A DNA stretch of 64,000 nucleotides from sequence record NC_054919.1. One strand, given 5' to 3'. Numbering within the stretch: the first letter of the stretch is position 1; every line of letters begins with the position of its first letter. A program made the position numbers and the translations under genes. Shown here in pieces: positions 60,204 to 64,000 of the stretch. The DNA is from Escherichia phage vB_EcoM_G4507. The notes beneath the pieces are model-generated. The model did not search any database, was not told where the DNA came from, and saw only the letters and a program-made list of their open reading frames with translations.

Positions 60204-60665
60204 TCATTGAGTTTTAATTACTGCTTTAGAAGCCTTTCCTGGTAAACGACGACTGTTGATAATTGCCATCCTACATTGAAGTGACGGGTCTTTGAACTTC
60301 TCATTAGGTTTACAAACTGTAAATCCAAGCCAAAGATTTCCATCTGTAATTTCTAAACGTCCAGGACGATATTCAACTCCATCAATAAAATCCTCATCAA
60401 TGTCAGGACGCGGAGGCATACTCAGGAATTCATTAACTTCTAAAACATGGTCTTTTATTTTATGGAATAATTCAAAAACATATGTCTCATCAATCTCCCG
60501 TTGAATTGCACGATCAAGAAGATGTTGAGAATATTTTAGATGAAACGATGAGACCCCTGCTGCTTTTGATGCCTCACGAATCTCATTGTTAATTTGACGA
60601 AACTCCGACTCAAAGTGACGACGAAGCTTATTTCGACGGATAAAAACTTCTGTATTGATAGTCAT
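60204..60665 (-). CDS. regB: endoribonuclease RegB
   Basis: 153 aa; size and position match T4 RegB. Confidence 0.85.
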   Translation of the reverse strand: MTINTEVFIRRNKLRRHFESEFRQINNEIREASKAAGVSSFHLKYSQHLLDRAIQREIDETYVFELFHKIKDHVLEVNEFLSMPPRPDIDEDFIDGVEYRPGRLEITDGNLWLGFTVCKPNEKFKDPSLQCRMAIINSRRLPGKASKAVIKTQ

Positions 60666-60692
60666 GTTATTCTCCTCTTAACTGATAGAAAA

Positions 60693-60722
60693 ATTATACC
60701 ACAGTCAAGAGGAAAAGTAAAC
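60693..60722 (-). promoter_or_regulatory. early-type promoter upstream of regB (GTTTAC -35, TATAAT -10)
   Basis: Minus-strand motif. Confidence 0.55.
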
Positions 60723-60796
60723 AGTTATTCTTTAAATCTAATCAATTTATTCATAGACTTTGAAACTTCTGCACGAACCTCATGTAAGTTTTTAAG

Positions 60797-61045
60797 CTAT
60801 TCAAGACGCTGCGTATAGTAAGCAATTTCATCTTCTTCGAGACAGTCCTGTGAATCTTCTTTAAGATAACGTGCATAGTCCTGAAAAGCTTTACGGACTA
60901 CTTCCTGGAAGTCATCAAGACTTTGAATTTTCTTAGGAGCGGCAGATACACGACGAGGTGCAGTATAATACTCATAACCAAACCCTGCACTTAATTGAGC
61001 CATTAGTATTTTTCCTCTGGTTGGAACACTGCACGACAAGCCCAC
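60797..61045 (-). CDS. hypothetical protein (vs.3-like)
   Basis: 82-aa ORF. Confidence 0.5.
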   Translation of the reverse strand: MGLSCSVPTRGKILMAQLSAGFGYEYYTAPRRVSAAPKKIQSLDDFQEVVRKAFQDYARYLKEDSQDCLEEDEIAYYTQRLE

Positions 61046-61305
61046 ATACTGGCTTCTTTGAGTTTCGTTTTAGCAATAGTTAACTGATCGAGGCTTTCAG
61101 CATAATTCTTCGCGAGTTCATCATCTTCACAGCTATCAAATGCTTCCCAAAATTCATCGTATAAAGCATCAAAGATAAGTCCTAAACGAACTTCAGCGTC
61201 TTTGATAGCATTCACTTTACTGATTTTCTCTTCGGTATGCGGCTTATAACCCTTAATATCTTCAATCATATTTGACTTCCTCACCAGTACATAAATCATA
61301 TTCAA
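61003..61305 (-). CDS. hypothetical helical protein (vs.4-like); start uncertain
   Basis: 100-aa track ORF overlapping upstream gene. Confidence 0.5.
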   Translation of the reverse strand: MNMIYVLVRKSNMIEDIKGYKPHTEEKISKVNAIKDAEVRLGLIFDALYDEFWEAFDSCEDDELAKNYAESLDQLTIAKTKLKEASMWACRAVFQPEEKY

Positions 61306-61483
61306 CTAAACGAATAGGTTCATGAATGCCATATCCCTGAACAGAAATTTCTGTCGTGGGATAAATTCCATCAATATCACCCATATTCCAGGCTTCATTA
61401 AATTGCTGTTCGCCTGAATTACTAAACCACTCGGCGAAAGCATTTAGCACATCTTCAGAACCTTCAATAATTATCTTTGCCAT
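61262..61483 (-). CDS. hypothetical protein (vs.5-like)
   Basis: 73-aa ORF. Confidence 0.5.
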   Translation of the reverse strand: MAKIIIEGSEDVLNAFAEWFSNSGEQQFNEAWNMGDIDGIYPTTEISVQGYGIHEPIRLVEYDLCTGEEVKYD

Positions 61484-61845
61484 TACAAACTCTCGGTGAA
61501 GGTACGAGCGATAACGTCGCGCTGCTGTTCCGGAGTCAGAGAGTTAAAGCGAACTGCATAACCGGATACACGGATGGTCAGCTGCGGATATTTTTCCGGA
61601 TGCTTAACTGCATCTTCCAGAGTTTCACGACGCAGAACGTTAACGTTCAGGTGTTGACCACCTTCAATTTTAACTGTAGGTTGTGTTTCAATTTCAATTT
61701 CACGGGCATGCAAACCGTAGAAAATTTCCGGGTCTACAAAAGAGTCCTCTTTAAAGGTTTTAGAGACAATAATTCGTGCTTGAATACCATCTTCAAAATA
61801 AATAGTACCTTTATGTGTGCCTTCAAGAATTTGATATGCTTTCAT
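61483..61845 (-). CDS. autonomous glycyl-radical cofactor (GrcA/YfiD-like; T4 Y06I-like)
   Basis: 120 aa; C-terminal ~60 aa including [31 protein letters not shown] match E. coli GrcA as recalled; 3' half markedly GC-richer than flanks. Confidence 0.8.
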   Translation of the reverse strand: MKAYQILEGTHKGTIYFEDGIQARIIVSKTFKEDSFVDPEIFYGLHAREIEIETQPTVKIEGGQHLNVNVLRRETLEDAVKHPEKYPQLTIRVSGYAVRFNSLTPEQQRDVIARTFTESL

Positions 61846-61852
61846 ATAAACC

Positions 61853-62182
61853 TCAATTAGAAAATAAATTTATCCAAGATTGTTCTTTAATTAAAAACGG
61901 CTCAGAATCATATGCCATTAAACTTTGCGTAATTAATCCTTTAAAAGGTCCATCAATAAATTCCATGGTAAAATATGGAATTTTATTCATTAGCCGTGCA
62001 TTAGGAGCAGTACATAAAACTCTGCATCCTTTGAATACACCTTTTTGTAATTTGTATTGCTTGGGATAAAATTCGCTCAAAATGTTATTATTTGCTAAAA
62101 TTTCAAAATGATTCACCAATTTATTTTTAATAGTTTTTGGCGAAAAATAAAGATATTCGAAAAGTTGCGTATCTGTCATCAT
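61853..62182 (-). CDS. hypothetical protein
   Basis: Start at MMTDTQ giving ATGA overlap with upstream gene. Confidence 0.5.
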   Translation of the reverse strand: MMTDTQLFEYLYFSPKTIKNKLVNHFEILANNNILSEFYPKQYKLQKGVFKGCRVLCTAPNARLMNKIPYFTMEFIDGPFKGLITQSLMAYDSEPFLIKEQSWINLFSN

Positions 62183-62721
62183 TGCATTCCAATTACGAAA
62201 AACTGCGGACGAGTAATACCACCAATACAGCATTTACTATTGCAGCAATATTGCACAGTTTCAATATGAATATCGTAAATTTTATCCATATCAGGAGATT
62301 TAACAGGCTCATCGATTATATACAAAATTCGAGAAAGCGATAAACCTCTGAACTTGCTACCTCTATTACCAACAAAACTACGGACAGAATCAGTAAATAA
62401 ACGGAATCGAATATCATCGCTAGAATAACGAGAAAATTCTTTTTTAATGCGGCCCACAGAAATTTTAGCGTAAGCTGAAGTATTAGAAAGAACAATAACT
62501 GTTCCACCATCATACAACCAATTAGCGGCAAAATTAGTTGCTGCAGTTGATTTACCGGATTGTCTGCCACCATCTAAACGAAGTGTACAATATTCTTTAA
62601 ATAAATACGACGAATCAGGTACATAAAATCCACTATTACAAATTTCTTCTACTCTAGCGTCAGAATGGTGTGTAAAAGCATTCATCAGGGATAGATAAGG
62701 ACCAGTTAAAAATGTTCTCAT
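62179..62721 (-). CDS. small P-loop NTPase
   Basis: ~180 aa from MRTFLTGPY; Walker A GGRQSGKST, Walker B ILYIIDEP; Cys-rich C-terminus. Confidence 0.55.
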   Translation of the reverse strand: MRTFLTGPYLSLMNAFTHHSDARVEEICNSGFYVPDSSYLFKEYCTLRLDGGRQSGKSTAATNFAANWLYDGGTVIVLSNTSAYAKISVGRIKKEFSRYSSDDIRFRLFTDSVRSFVGNRGSKFRGLSLSRILYIIDEPVKSPDMDKIYDIHIETVQYCCNSKCCIGGITRPQFFVIGMQ

Positions 62722-62865
62722 GTTATTTCTCTTAAGGTTTTTGGGCCATTCCGTGGCGCATGAATTGTCCATTTCTGTATTTACCCATTACCGCACTTGG
62801 GCTCGACCTTATTACAGGTTGGCGGGAATCCCTCATAGAATCATGAGGTCCAGGTTGTTCCCATA

Positions 62866-63340
62866 TTATTTGAACGATTTAACGTACTGAATAGAACCTT
62901 TACTATTTACAAAGGCAATTTTACCATTTTTATTATACATGGTAGCAGTACGCTGATAGCCATAAGTTTGCTTACCAGATTGATAACCAACTAATGCAAA
63001 ATTATCTTCACCCATTTTATTCTGTTTAGCGCGAATGCGTTCATGACCATGTGCCATAAGAACCTTAGCATCACCAGTTACAATGGATCGACGAGTTTTT
63101 TCATCTTCAACTGTATTAACAAAGTCGTCAAATGAATCAAATTTAGCATGAGATTTATTATACAGTTTTCCATCTACTGCATAATTATATCCCTGTACAT
63201 CCATCTCAACTTCTGTACCATCATCCAATACAGCAGTAATTTTCTGTCCTTTTTTTAAATTTCAAAAGATCAGTAAAAGATTCAGCAATAATTTGAGAAT
63301 TAATAGCTGCTTCAGTGATAAATTCTTGATATGTTTTCAT
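62866..63340 (-). pseudogene. internal-protein (ip)-like gene interrupted by +1 frameshift at an A7 tract
   Basis: ATG at 63340 encodes MKTYQEFITEAAINSQIIAESFTDLLKFKK then hits a stop after the A7 run (63250..63256); remaining 120 codons continue in +1 frame; A6 would give one ~158-aa ORF. Confidence 0.55.
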
Positions 63341-63394
63341 GTGTTTCCTTTAAATATTTTAATTAGTAATTTGTCTCTTCAAGCAACTGTGAAT

Positions 63395-63424
63395 ATACTA
63401 TCACAATTCTAGGAGAAAGTAAAC
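63395..63424 (-). promoter_or_regulatory. early-type promoter upstream of ip-like gene (GTTTAC -35, TAGTAT -10)
   Basis: Minus-strand motif. Confidence 0.5.
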
Positions 63425-63428
63425 AACT

Positions 63429-63959
<531 letters not shown>

Positions 63960-64000
63960 TTAAAAGAGGCTGTTCATTATTCGGTAAAGTGAAGGACCCA

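Noticed and set aside
62745-62860. GC-rich segment considered as a tRNA or small RNA gene
   Set aside because: No cloverleaf could be built: no T-loop consensus, no acceptor stem with CCA end. Retained only as a structured leader in the P-loop NTPase finding.
63250-63256. Programmed ribosomal frameshift at the A7 tract of the ip-like gene
   Set aside because: The required shift is +1 on a plain A-run with no obvious stimulatory structure; a mutation or sequencing error is more parsimonious. Kept as a finding to be checked.

Overview
This window is a T-even (T4-like, Tequatrovirus) phage genome segment, collinear with the first ~64 kb of the T4 map from rIIA (window start) to lysozyme e (window end). 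Almost every gene is on the minus strand in tightly packed early/middle operons, often with ATGA or TAAtATG stop/start junctions. Recognisable blocks: rIIA and topoisomerase 39; dexA, dda, srd, modA, modB; soc, 56, 61, sp, dmd, 41, uvsX; a DNA-modification pair (glycosyltransferase at the beta-gt locus, 42, and alpha-gt further on); the replisome (43, regA, 62, 44, 45, rpbA, 46, 47); 55; anaerobic nucleotide reduction (nrdH-like, nrdG, nrdD); 49, pin, nrdC; a long run of unknown-function ORFs; rI, tk, regB and e. Three differences from T4 as I remember it point to a T2/T6-like relative: gene 39 is one uninterrupted 605-aa ORF, the beta-gt slot holds a 282-aa GT-A-like enzyme, and nrdD is continuous. 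Names for the many small '.x' ORFs are left blank because I cannot verify them from memory. Coordinates of hand-derived small ORFs and regulatory motifs may be off by 1-2 nt; starts I moved from the ORF track are derived by codon arithmetic. I found no CRISPR array, tRNA or integrase, and no multi-gene system I can confidently call novel. The best second-look candidates are a GIY-YIG endonuclease-like ORF between 47 and alpha-gt, an internal-protein-like gene broken at an A7 tract, an unannotated 54-aa ORF with a capsid-targeting-like N-terminus, a lone plus-strand membrane ORF between 56 and 61, a GrcA-like gene with a host-like GC-rich 3' half, a P-loop NTPase where T4 has denV, a macro-domain protein, and the AAA ATPase / nucleotidyltransferase pair in the nrdC-distal block.
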